From Rhizodiscina lignyota (Eukaryota): a DNA stretch of 64,000 bases. The notes beneath the pieces were generated by a model, which saw only the letters and a program-made list of their open reading frames with translations, ran no database searches and was not told the origin of the DNA. The stretch is from assembly GCA_010015805.1 (NCBI GenBank), contig ML978129.1, forward strand, positions 558,001 to 622,000. The letters are read 5' to 3'. Positions 51,920 to 64,000 of the stretch are shown here, one piece after another. Made by a program: the position numbers and the translations under genes. Each line of letters begins with the position of its first letter. Position 1 is the stretch's first letter.

Positions 51920-52949
51920 AAAAGGCCATTGGCTATTGGCGGTCTTGATTGTGTCTCCGATCTGCCACCACTCGCAGGACAAGATCATGCGACTTGCCGA
52001 ACTGCGATCCTCTTGGTTCATTGACCCTTGTCACCATTCATCATCAAAATAGGCAAAAGCTGGATCGGACTAGTAAGCAATGAATGTATACATAAGTGTA
52101 ATATACCCATACTCAGACACCACACACACCCCTATGATATGATAGATGACTTTCAGCTGCTAAATTCAGTCTCCGATATATTTCGGGTTGAGGCTCTTCG
52201 ACTTTAAGTGGGCGTCTGCAGGTCGCCAGTGTTTCGTCAGGTTTCTCGCCACTGGATGTCATAGCACCCTGTACTACGTTTCACATATCTAGATCTCAAG
52301 CTTGGTTGGCACATCGTCCAAATCTGCATCAGAGCTCTTTGGTCGAAGTGCTCCGTGCACGCAGTAGGGAAGCGAGCCGGATGGATATAGCTCTCTGCAT
52401 GTCTTGAATCTCGACCAAATGTACCCCGAAGGTCTCTTCGTAACGAGATTCTGCAGTGTATGGCAGCGCGTGAGAGGTATCAGACTATGCATCTCTATTC
52501 TATTTGCGCAAGCAGCCCGACTGCTTCAGGTCCTACCCGCAGTCTCTATTGATGAATAGATTTGCTTCCTACTTTCTTTCCATCAGCTTGTATCTTGCCT
52601 TGAACAAAAGGCTACCGTCCGCGAGTTTTACGATCAAGTCATTGATTTGCAGCCTTTTAATGCAGTGAAAACTGTCTCTGTTTTACTATCGGGCCAGGTT
52701 AGCTCTCTGTTTGATCCGTCTCTATAGAATCACATCACTTCCATAGTTCCAACACAATCCTCAAGCAAAATGTTCGTTTTTCTCTTTCATCTATGAATCA
52801 TTCGCGTACTGCCCTCTCACTCCGGGATCGGCCGGACCAGGAAACATTCCCACCATTCCGCACCTCATCTCCGTATTCCGTACTCCGTACGTGCATTGAA
52901 CGAGGAGTCTCCGCGGCCAGGTCTTATTAGTGGCGCATTTTGTCGTACG

Positions 52950-52973
52950 ATCTGATAAGCGATGGATCTTATC
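52950..52973. promoter_or_regulatory. SreA-type GATA site ATCTGATAA plus an oppositely oriented GATAA
   Basis: ATCTGATAAGCGATGGATCTTATC, ~0.6-0.7 kb upstream of the mitoferrin gene. Confidence 0.45.
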
Positions 52974-53633
52974 TGTACAGGCACCCAAGCTGACGACAGT
53001 CTGTCGAAGGGCCAAAGTCGCCCTCAGCCAAACCTCAAAAATTGGAGCGCGATCATCCTAGAAAATGGCATTCTTAAGCCAATTGACTTCCCTTCACGAT
53101 TGCTTCTTGCAGTCACCGCCTTCTTTCTTGCAAGGTAAGCTCGCTTGGGCTCTTCCATGGTTTGCCGCGGCTGCAAAACTGTCCGGACAAAATGCGACCA
53201 AACCGACGACGTGAAGGCATCCCAGCGGACAGCAACAATTCGCGCTGGATACAGTATATAGAAAGTAGATCCACCTGTAAAGACGTGTATAGAAGAGAAT
53301 ACATGTGAAATTTTGAATCGCAGCGCCGTAGTCTTTGAGAAATCAGGATTACCTAACGTGCTTGGCCGAGACCCTTTGCCTCAACGTCGACGTTTTTCAA
53401 GAGAGTTTACGTCTGCTCGCCCATAATTTTTTAACGCCGACTCGGCTGTACAAACGAAGCATCACCACACACGACACGACATTCGTCTCCGCCATTGTTT
53501 GCTACTCCTTAGGCACCTTTAAGACGGCACGATCCTCCCGAACCCTTCCAACCTTCCTTCAACGAAATCGCGATACATGAATACCGAACAGCGTTCCATC
53601 GAAACATTTGCTTCAAGCCGGCCAAAGCGGCAT

Positions 53634-54940
53634 ATGGCCGCGCCAGCTGAGGAAGAATTTGAGTATGTGCTTCGAAAAGCGCTTTATATGAAGGAGCAAT
53701 AGCTTATAATACGTTCCAGCTATGAGTCTCTTCCTCCAAACTTCTCGCTGTCGGCGAACATGCTGGCTGGCGCGTTCGCCGGTATCGCAGTAAGCTTGCG
53801 CGCCATCAAGAAGACAACGATTCACGCCTAACGAGCTTCTAGGAGCACTCAGTAATGTATCCGATAGACTTACTGAAGGTCCGTTGAGCTCCCCATCACT
53901 CGTAGAAGTTATCACGCTCACCGCCCTGGCCTCTCACAGACAAGAATGCAAATCGTCAATCCCAACTCAACCGCGCCCATGTACACGGGCATATCAAATG
54001 CAATGGTCACAATAATGCGAGCGGAGGGCTTCCGGAATCTCTGGAGAGGAGTTTCGAGTGTCGTTATGGGTGCAGGTGCGGAGTAGTACAGTCGTCGGAC
54101 ATAGGGCACTCACACTCACATGGGGACAGGGCCTGCGCACGCGGTATACTTTGCAACATACGAGTCTGTCAAGCATGCGATGGGTGGAAATGAGGGACTG
54201 AAGCATGAGCATCATCCCTTAGCAGCTGGTGGGTGCTGAAATGCGTGATTGGAATATGGGCAAAGCTGACCGACCCCAGCCGTGAGCGGTGCCTCCGCAA
54301 CGATAGCCAGCGACGCTCTCATGAATCCCTTCGATGGTATGAATCTCTTCCTACTTGCTAAAGTATGCCGCGATTAATTTCACGCAGTCATCAAGCAGCG
54401 GATGCAGATGCAAAACTCAGCATACACGTCTATCGGCCACTGCGCACGGATGGTCCTTCGCCAAGAAGGGTTCAGCGCTTTCTACCTCTCGTACCCGACG
54501 ACGCTCTGCATGACTGTCCCCTTTACAGCGCTGCAATTTATGTCTTACGAATCCTTTTCAAAATTCATGAATCCGTCGGGCACCTACGATCCTTACACAC
54601 ATTGTTTCGCGGGCGCGGTGGCGGGCGGGCTCGCGGCTGGCATAACAACCCCGCTGGATGTCATCAAGACGCTACTGCAGACAAGGGGGACGTCGACTGA
54701 TCCGGAGATTAGGAATGCGCGAGGACTGTGGCATACAGCGTCGATATTGAAGAGAAGAGAGGGCTATGCGGGGTTCTTCAGGGGACTGAAGCCAAGGATT
54801 GTCACGACGATGCCGAGCACAGCAATTTGTTGGTGCGTGGAAACTCTCATCCCTATACTTCACGACTTTGCAACTAACATAATCCCAGGTCCGCGTACGA
54901 GCTCGCAAAGGCTTTCTTCATCGCTCGGAGCGAAGGTTAA
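53634..54940 (+). CDS. MRS4: Mitochondrial iron carrier (mitoferrin, Mrs3/Mrs4); in-frame upstream ATG at 53577
   Basis: [85 protein letters not shown]; multi-exon. Confidence 0.92.
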
Positions 54941-55644
54941 AGAAGCTCTGCGGCCTTTTTGATTTCACCTCTCCCCGACTCTGGGTCGCTTCAAGCTCGC
55001 AGTGCAGACAGTCCCCGATTGCGCCACAGGACGCTTTAAATAATGTCTGACTGCTGCAGCTGTGAGCATTCTACTGACACTCTCGCGCGTTCTGGAAAAT
55101 CTCCGGAATATGGCGCGAAAAAAAAAGCTTGGAATGGAGTCTCGATGTAGGGGCGTTTAGTGAACGCCATAAAAGCATTGGCATTGGGAGGGATGGCAAG
55201 ATTTCTGTTCTACTGCTAAGGCCATCTTGAGCGTTCTTTTGGCCTTGCGGTTTGGCTCTTTTACCTGTACATATAGTGCGCAATAGACGTGTAGAGACGA
55301 CGGAAAAATCGTCTGACTGCGAAATGTCACTACCGGGACATCGTTATTAGCTTCAAAGTATAAGTCTGATAACTCTTCCACCAAATGCAACATTGAGAAT
55401 CTTGTCAATATTGCCATTCTGTGTTTTCGCATTCTCCTTACATTCGAAGAGATGTCGTGTGCCGGCCTTCCAGCGCGGCGGGCATTCAGCTGCGACTTTC
55501 CCTACGTCACTAGGCACTTGCTTCGCCCAACCACTCACGCGTCCCTCCGCCATCGCTGGCAGTGCAAACCTCATCCTGCGCAACGCGGGCGTCCCAAACC
55601 ACCGCCAGCAGACCTGATCACGAACTCGAACCCAATGTCACATT

Positions 55645-58163
55645 ATGATGCGCGGCAAGCCTGCATCTTTAATGCAGAAAACCTACGACGATGCGTATCT
55701 GATCTGTTCCACAGCCATCTACTTCGAGAACCAGGTACAGCCTTACACACTCAATCGCCCCATACACTGAGCAGCAGTTGATTTAAACGTGTAACAGAAT
55801 AATGAGGCCGAGGCCTTACGATCGTGGAAGAATGCACTCGACCAGATATACTACCATAATGCCTATCGCGTCCCTGCGAACTACCGCCCGAAGTCAGAAA
55901 CCGAGAAGGCGTTGCAGGAGTCGCTGAAAGAGTTGGAGTTGCAATGCAAAGAACGCGTGGACCTTCTAGAAGCACTGAAGACCAGTCGCACTGAAGCAGA
56001 GGAGAGCAAGAAGGCTACTACATCTGGAGACGGTCCAGCCCAGTTGGACTCTCCCATGGCAGCGAGTACACAGACCAATGGACAGGGCGGCCAAGGTATA
56101 CCAGGCTGGTTAGGAGGAGGCACAGTACGACCTGTCGACTATCCACAACTTGCACGTCCGCCACCTTTGCCCCAAAGACCACTTTTGATGACCCAGAGGT
56201 CGGCTGGTGAGCCATCACGTCCTCATAGCTACCACCAGAACTCTTCTACGTCGGAGCTTGCACCGCTTAGTGCTACATCGAGTGCCGAACCTCCCCAAAA
56301 GAAGTCGCGAACACCAAGTCCGACGAAGAAGGGTGGGATGCTGAGGACCCTGAGACCGGGTGGGAGAGACAATGCGAAAGGATCTTCCTCCAGCCTGAGG
56401 CCGAATCTACGGAATAAACCACCGGCCGCTGCGAAGGCCGCTACGCAGGCATGGGGTACACCTGGATTTCAGAACTCTGCAGATAATCTTGCTGCAGCAA
56501 CCGCTCGACTATCTGTTTCGGCCGCATCGTCGTCACTCGCACCCCCACAGAGGCGTCCATCACTTGATGACAGGCGGAGGGTCTCTTCTGACAGGAACCG
56601 AATCACGGACGACAACAATCGCAGTGCGGAGAATTTATTGAGGATTCCATCATCCCAAACTGCTCACTCAAGCCTACAAGCGACAATGCCGGAAACGGTT
56701 CCAGAAGCGGAGAGCTCAAAGAAGAAGACTTATTACAAGCCAGATCCAATCTCTTACAGGAAGGAGTATCGTGTCATGGATCCTCATACAAGACGTCTGA
56801 TACCTGAGGCTCTCAATCACTCCTCAAAGAACGCCGACGAGCCGGAGAGCGGAGAGGTATCAAACCCTTCTCCCAAAGACTCTAAGCCCAAGATCAGGCG
56901 GAAAGCCGTCGGTGGTCACAAGAATACGAAACCACGGCAGATCACTCAATTATCCGATGACGAAACAAGCCCAGATCACGCTCGACCGTACCACAAGGCC
57001 TCCCGCAGAAAGCAACCAGTGGCGGAGCGTATCACATCCAATTTAACGCCGTCCGAATCTTCATCAAATGATGTTTCTGAGCCCGAATTCCCCACTGCCT
57101 CAGAGTCGAAGGAATGGCGCGCCCGCGTTGCGCGCATCATGAAGCGTCTCCCAAAGGGCGTTGACGAAGCCGCCGCAAAGCAGATCCTTAATGAGATCGT
57201 GATACATGGTGACGAGGTGCACTGGTCTGACATTGCTGGCCTCGACGCCGCCAAATCCGCGCTCAAGGAGACTGTGGTCTACCCCTTTTTGCGGCCGGAC
57301 TTGTTCATGGGCCTGCGTGAGCCAGCGAGGGGAATGCTATTATTCGGCCCGCCGGGTACGGGAAAGACGATGCTCGCCAGAGCAGTAGCCACGGAAAGTA
57401 AGAGCACTTTTTTCGCAATCAGTGCCAGTAGCTTGACGAGCAAGTATCTCGGTGAGAGTGAGAAGTTGGTGCGTGCGTTGTTCGCGCTGGCGAAAGCACT
57501 CGCACCGAGCATCATCTTCGTCGACGAGATCGATTCGCTCCTCTCATCGCGGTCAGGCTCCAGCGAACATGAGGCGACGCGCCGTATCAAGACGGAGTTT
57601 CTGATCCAGTGGTCCGATCTTGCGAGGGCGGCTGCTGGACGCGAGACGAGCGAAAAGGACAAGGAGAAGGGAGACGCTAGTAGGGTGCTTGTGTTAGCGG
57701 CGACAAATTTGCCGTGGGCGATTGACGAGGCGGCGCGGAGAAGGTTTGTCAGAAGGCAGTATATCCCGCTGCCGGAGGACCATGTGAGGGCAGTGCAGAT
57801 TCGGACGTTGTTGAGCCATCAGAAGCATAGTCTCAGTGATGGGGATATTGACGCTTTGGTGCAGCTCACTAATGGTACGCCATCTCTATTTTATCGCTCG
57901 CAATTTCTTCTACACAAAGTGGCTTTGGCTCACATTATCCAGGTTTTTCGGGATCCGATATCACGGCCCTAGCAAAAGATGCAGCGATGGGTCCGCTGCG
58001 CAGCCTTGGGGAGAAATTGCTGCACATGACCATGGATGAGATCCGCCCGATGAGTTTCGTGGACTTCGAGGCCAGCCTTGTGAGCATTCGGCCGAGCGTT
58101 AGTCGGCAGGGACTGAAGCAGTATGAAGATTGGGCACAGGAGTTTGGCGAGCGCGGTGGATAA
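55645..58163 (+). CDS. Spastin/fidgetin-like AAA ATPase (Yta6/Sap1 type), 3 exons
   Basis: N-terminal [36 protein letters not shown] Walker A; IIFVDEID Walker [10 protein letters not shown] pore loop; [16 protein letters not shown]; ends [10 protein letters not shown]. Confidence 0.92.
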
Positions 58164-58769
58164 GGGCGCCGGCGTGGCATATGTCGGGCTTTGGTGCAAT
58201 TCTGACTCTTATGATGCGTAAATTGACGGCTGATGATCACGCCTGGGATTATGGAAAGGAAAGCATGGGGAATCGGGTAGCGATGTTATCATGATAATAT
58301 ATAGCGCTAGATATATCCCATTTTTGAGTTTCCGAATCTTGGAGCTGGTTATTGGTCTGAAGGGTGTAGCAACGGTACGAAGTCCTTTGGGCCAAAGAGA
58401 AGTGACTTTGAAGAGAGAAATGGGACAGTTAGATGTGACCTTATGTCTTTCAGATCGTCGTGTAACCGCATGCTTGTTCTCTAATCGCATGACTGAGCGA
58501 TCACAAGCACATGATACCTTTATGAACCTTGGCTTGAGGCTCTGGATGATACTCCGTGTAGTGCAAAGTCGAGGGCTCATTTCAGGTTGAGGCTTGGCAG
58601 TTGTGTAATAAGGGTTAGGGTTCGAGGTTTGAAGAGGGCGGAATCGCGTCAGAAAAAGCTCCGCTTTCGGCAACTACCTATCAAAAATCTATGTGGCCTT
58701 CACGCATTTCATCCCTGGATCTGTGGTCCATTACACTCACTTACTTGCGCATTCTACTCCACCGAGGGA

Positions 58770-60139
58770 ATGGCTCCGGAGCCCCAGCTGGAACCCGAAG
58801 TGCAAGGTTTCGCGCGCACAGTCAAGGACCTTTTTGCTGGGGCGTGTGGAGGGATTGCTCAGGTCTTGATAGGTGCGTGAAGCTTTATACTTTTCAATTG
58901 GTCTCTCCTGGGGGCACTTTATACCGTTAACTCCATTTGCACTCATTTCTCTCGTTTCCTTCGTCAATGAGAGTTTCATTTGCGGTATTCCGGTTTGGTC
59001 AATAGATCATGCCGTTCTCTCACACCGACGTTGCCACCAAGCACCTACACTTGTTCAGCTTGCTAACGCTCTATTAGGCCAGCCATTCGGTATGTTCACG
59101 ATGGAATCATGTGCTTATAAGCTACATCGTCGGGTCCATTTACTTACTACCCGTGCTCGTAGACATTGTTAAAGTCCGATTGCAAACGACCCAGCAATAC
59201 AAGAGCGCACTAGACTGCGCAAAGCAGATATGGGTCAATGAAGGCGCGTTAGCTTTCTATAAAGGAACTTTAACACCATTGGTTGGCATTGGTGCTTGTG
59301 TAGGTCAACCAAGGCTCATTGTTCTTCTGGGTACTTCTGAGTCTTCTGGAAAGCTTGATGCTTTGATTTATCCACACCCCGCCAAAGCTCAATGAGCGAG
59401 ATTCTCATAATATCGTAGGTTTCTGTTCAGTTCGGTGGATTTCACTATGCCCGCCGACAATTTGAAGCTCGGAATGCCGCTAAGGACCCCTCAAAACCAC
59501 CCACTTTGACGTATGGAGAATACTACGCCGCCGGAGCTTTCGCCGGGATCACCAACACCGTTTTATCAAGTCCCATAGAGCACGTGCGTATTCGCTTACA
59601 GACTCAACCGCATGGGGCTGCACGCCTCTACAACGGCCCTCTCGACTGCATCCGCAAGCTTTCTGCCCACGAAGGTGTAATGAGAGGTCTGTACCGAGGG
59701 ACCTCAGTAACGCTGCTCAGAGAAGCCCAAGCCTACGGAGTCTGGTTTCTGACTTATGAGTATCTCATGAATGCGGACGCGGTACGAAACAATATCAAGA
59801 GAGAGGAGATAAGCACGCTAAAAGTTGCATTCTACGGCGGATTGGCGGGAGAGGCATTATGGCTGGGGAGCTACCCCTTCGATGTGATCAAGAGCAAGAT
59901 GCAGACTGATGGATTTGGTGCTGACATGCGATTTAAATCGATGAGAGATGCCTTCAAGCAGACGTGGGCGGCGGAGGGTATGGCAGGCTTTTGGAGAGGT
60001 ATTGGGCCAACGTTGCTGAGAGCAATGCCGGTCAGCGCTGGAACATTTGCAACGTGAGTAGCTCACACTTTCCTGCTCATACGACATGGCAATACTAACG
60101 TCTCACAGAGCTGAGGTCGTCTTGCGGCTCATAGCTTAA
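58770..60139 (+). CDS. YMC1: Mitochondrial carrier, Ymc1/Ymc2-like, 5 exons
   Basis: KDLFAGACGGIAQVLI|GQPF|DIVKVRLQ; FYKGTLTPLVGIGAC; PIEHVRIRLQ; YPFDVIKSKMQTD. Confidence 0.88.
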
Positions 60140-60597
60140 GAACCTTGTTGGATCGTTTGCCCGTCCCCACGTTTATGAAGGACTTTTGCATCTCATGTCA
60201 TGTGTCACATCTATTTACCATGGGCTTTTGGTCTTATAGATAGCATAGACTCGCAGGAGAGTCGTCTCAAATGATATTCGTGCTCCATCAGGTAATCCCA
60301 CCTAACATAGACGGAGCTAAGCCGGAAATAGATGCCCCTCCCCTCCTTGTGACGTCCAACTTAACGAAGCTCCCCACCTTAAGTTGTGATCGCCACTCAG
60401 GCCGATTATCAAAGCTATACATACAGTAATACGAACAATTGACGCTAGATTCACGAGACTTACGCCGTACTTACGCAAAAGTGCCCCGAATAAAGATAAC
60501 TTTACTCCGGATCATCTTCATTGTCGTCATCACGGTGTCACTCACCAAACTCTTTCGCTGCTTGAGGAAAAGCCCGCCAGTGCGGTCAATATCAAGA

Positions 60598-61369
60598 ATG
60601 GCGTGGCACAGCTCCGGCGCAACGAACATGGACCTCATACACAATCTCGAACGGAACGGGCTCATCGAGAGCGAGCGGGTGAAGAAGGCAATGCTGGGTG
60701 TAAGCTATCCTTAACCCCTTCTGGTCGAGCTGATGCACTCCATCTGGACAAACGCCGACGGTTAAACACATGAGACGAACAAGAGCTCATGTCTACCAGG
60801 TCGACCGCGCCCACTATGCTCCCGCCGCACCCTACGAAGACTCCCCTCAATCAATTGGCCATTTCGCCACGATATCCGCTCCGCACATGCACGCTTCCGC
60901 GTGCGAGTCCCTCCTCCCCTTCCTCAAACCCGGCTCGAAAGTCCTCGACATCGGCAGTGGCTCTGGCTACCTCACACATGTCCTTGCTGAGCTCGTCAAG
61001 CCGGATGGCACGGTCATCGGTATCGACCACATCCAGCCGCTCGTTGATTTGGCGGAGAAGAACATGGCGAAGAGTGAGGAGGGACGGGATTTGCTGAAGA
61101 GTGGCGCGGTTAAGTTCATCAAAGCGGATGGGAGGCTGGGGTGGAAGGAGAGCGCGCCATACGATGCGATTCATGTGGGCGCTGCGGCGGCCGAGCACCA
61201 TAAGGAGTTGACGGATCAGTTGAAGGCGCCAGGGAGGTTGTTTGTGCCGGTCGCGGAGGGGTGGATGCAACATATCTACGTGATTGATAAGAAGGAGGAT
61301 GGGAGTGTGGAGAAGAAGAAGATGTATGGCGTGCAATATGTGCCATTGACGGACGCGCCGAAGACTTGA
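60598..61369 (+). CDS. PCM1: Protein-L-isoaspartate O-methyltransferase, 2 exons
   Basis: MAWHSSGATN..., VDRAHY, ATISAPHMHA, VLDIGSGSGY, APYDAIHVGAAA, VQYVPLTD. Confidence 0.95.
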
Positions 61370-61961
61370 TCATAGTGCGGAATGAAGTCAGGGTGTTATA
61401 AAACTACACATGGGGAAGAAAGTATTGGATAAGAATCCAAGGATATCGGCTTTCTGGAGAGGAACGAGAGTAAGTGGCATCACGAGAAAGACTCTCAAAC
61501 CTCGGAATTGGAGCATATACGACGACATGCGAAAAGCATCACCAATATTATTGGACGGAAAAGCTCTAGCAATCGGAAATTCCAAATGGTGACACTCGTT
61601 GTCATTCTTGTCTACATACACCCTCCTCGGTCCCGTTGGGGATATGGTACATCAGTAGTCACCGAGAGAAGAATGAAACCCATCAATAACGCCCAGAAAT
61701 GCCGCCAATGATCGAGGTCAGACTTTGAACAATATCCACAAATAAGTGGTGTCTTCCAGCAAGCAAAATTGGGGTAATGGGTATGAATATACTCCCTTCA
61801 GACCAGCCCAGAACCCCGTCTATTATGCACCAGTCACTAAACATATCCACAGCCTTTGTATGTGTTGCCATGCTTGTCCATAACTTCGTTTCCATCTCCT
61901 TCATTTCGCTCATCTGGTCGTTCCCCTCATGTCACCTCCTGTACAGGGTGTCGCCACGCGA

Positions 61962-62949
61962 CTACGTTAAATTATCCAAGGCTCTTATACTCAAAATCAT
62001 GATCAACAAGCCTATTGTCACAATAATGAATAATGAAAACCCGAACCAACCCAGTATCATGGCTGAAGTGCCGACGCCGCTCTTAACACTGCCGTTCCCG
62101 AAGTCTTGTGCAACGGTCGACGCAGCAACAGACGCTGTGTGCTGCCACAGAACCGACACGAGCACAAATATGGACGAGACGAAGATGAGTGCCAGGGCGA
62201 TCTGGCTGACGGGCCGTGAGGGGAAGGGCTTCACTTCGATGTCGGAACCGGCGTCGTCGCGCTCTTCGTGCCACCCTGGGAAGGTTGCGAGGATGACGAA
62301 GCAGATGAATGAGAGAACGATTGCTACGATTCTGTGGACATTTTCTCGTCAGCTGAACTGTTCTGTAGGGAAGAGAAATAGGACCATGCCGGTTGACTTA
62401 CAGCAGGTATGGAAATACGATGCTATCCTTAAACGTCTCCGCCACCCATATTAGATTCAGCGGATCCTGATCCACGCTGACCTGCTCCGCCAGTGCCGTC
62501 GCATTGTTGCTGCACAGGAACCCGCCGCCGTCGGGCGTGATGCAAATGCCGAAGTAGCCCACTCGCACCTCGAGCTGTGCATTGCCGACGATGTTGGCTA
62601 TTGCGGCGGTCACGCCTGGGTCTACTTGTGCGGGATCGTATACAGGTGTGTAGGATTTGTAGTAGAGGGATATGAGGAAGATGCCGGGTATGAGAGGAGA
62701 GGGTGATGAGCAACCGGCTAGTAATAGTGCTGGATGAGATGTTAGAAACGCTGTCACACAGGAGGAGAGTAGGCTGGTTGAGGCTTACAAAGAAGAATAA
62801 TGGCAATGGCGACAAGAAGCATGAGTAGGTGGTGGTAACCAAACCATGGTATCAGCCCTGCGAGAAGCGTTAGTATTTTCCGACGACAATGTCTTCTTGA
62901 GCGATTGAAACATACTTTGAAAGCTAACTGCAAACCTTGGGTTTGCCAT
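61962..62949 (-). CDS. FIG1: Fig1 Ca2+ regulator / membrane-fusion protein (claudin-like), 4 exons
   Basis: IPWFGYHHLLM, LLLAGCSS, VRVGYFGIC...FLCSNNATALA, DPLNLIW, KPFPSRPVSQ, WQHTASVAA; four TM segments. Confidence 0.9.
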
Positions 62950-64000
62950 CTTGTCTCTTCTCCGCCTCCTTCAACAACTGAATCTCCTGCGGCTCCCGAA
63001 GGGCCGGGAGAAGGGTTCGTTGGAATGCAGCACCCGCCTCGAATTGTACGCCGACCCTCTGTGCGAAGGTGTAGCAGAGGAACAATTGTATTTTCGGAGG
63101 AATGGATGTGTTGGTGGAACTTTGTCTCGAGGAATGCGGTTGGTAAGAATGGGATGGTTTGAGCGAATGGTGGTCTTGACGTGGACGCCGTAACCAGGGC
63201 GACGAGAGGATGAGAGTGGTGATGTCGGTGTTCTCTGCAACAGTGTCTGGTCAGAACGGTAGATGCAAGCTAGCAATGTTGGAGGTAGAGCTTAGTTGGA
63301 GTAGTGTAGCAAGAGAGCGGCAGTCCTCCTCGACTCTTTTCTTCAGAATTGCGTGGTGGTTGGTCTTTTCCAGCCACAAGAAGCGAAGGCTGGGTGCGAA
63401 AAGGTGGCAGGCACGACCCTGACGAACGTCATTTGTTTACGGTCCGTCGCGACGGCAACGCTTTACCGGGAGCGGCTTAGCGCATGCAACTTTAATTCGT
63501 CTGGATCGTGCCCCTGCAGCTTGCGGGTGCTTCTATTTTTGCGCATGCGAATTTAATTGTCGCTCTTCTCGCTGGATCGCTAGAAATTCTGTTGCTGTTG
63601 GCATTCGTGATACTCCACATGTCGCGGTCGTGGTCTCTCTCGTGCTATCGATTAGTTTGTAGAGCCTTTGTTAATGCTTGACCTGCTTCCGACCTGCGCG
63701 TCTATTCCCTCTGGAACCCTCTTCCACGGTCCAATCGCGCCGCTACACCTGCTCGACTCGCCTTCATCTTCCACTTCAAGTCTTACAGCGCTGCTCGCTG
63801 GTGCTGTCAATTCGGTTGTCACAACCATTATTTCCCTCTGCACGTTGTATTCGATCGTCTCGCACGTAAAATCCTCATCGACTAGCATATCCTCAAATAT
63901 TTCCAGCTGCATTTACCAGCAAACGACACAGCACTGATGCCTTTACCCATGGACGAGAGTAGCATTCGAGGAAGTAGCGACCGTGTTTTGTTCGTATCAT

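Noticed and set aside
58610..58633. TAAGGGTTAGGGGTTCGAGG telomere-like or tRNA T-loop-like string
   Set aside because: Only one perfect TTAGGG and no cloverleaf; probably chance.
63652..63912. 86-aa minus-strand ORF at the window end
   Set aside because: No recognisable motif; it might be the 3' end of a gene beyond base 64000 but cannot be supported here.

Overview
Intron-rich filamentous ascomycete DNA (GT..AG introns with CTRAC/CTAAT branch points). Gene content suggests a melanised Dothideomycete, but that is inference. The first ~11 kb has no gene I can recognise. It is followed by the regulator/reductase part of a DHN-melanin locus: a Cmr1/Pig1-type C2H2+Zn2Cys6 transcription factor and a trihydroxynaphthalene reductase; the PKS is not in the window and may lie left of base 1. 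The remainder is a gene-dense block: PDI1, a kelch-repeat membrane protein, a CYP52-clan P450, OCT1, MIC26/27, HOP2, CHS4/SKT5, GH18 chitinase, a Jid1-like J protein, a DUF2263 (microbial PARG-like) protein, mitochondrial AsnRS, two mitochondrial carriers, a Yta6/Sap1-like AAA ATPase, PCM1, FIG1 and two conserved hypotheticals. I found no rRNA, tRNA, CRISPR array or recognisable transposon, and cannot support a wholly new biological system. The most interesting signals are at the splicing and translation level: a NAGNAG acceptor choosing between a stop and a full protein, a CaaX box split by an intron, microexons inside functional motifs, and a dual-start chitinase. All gene models were assembled by eye and family names come from recognised motifs, not searches.
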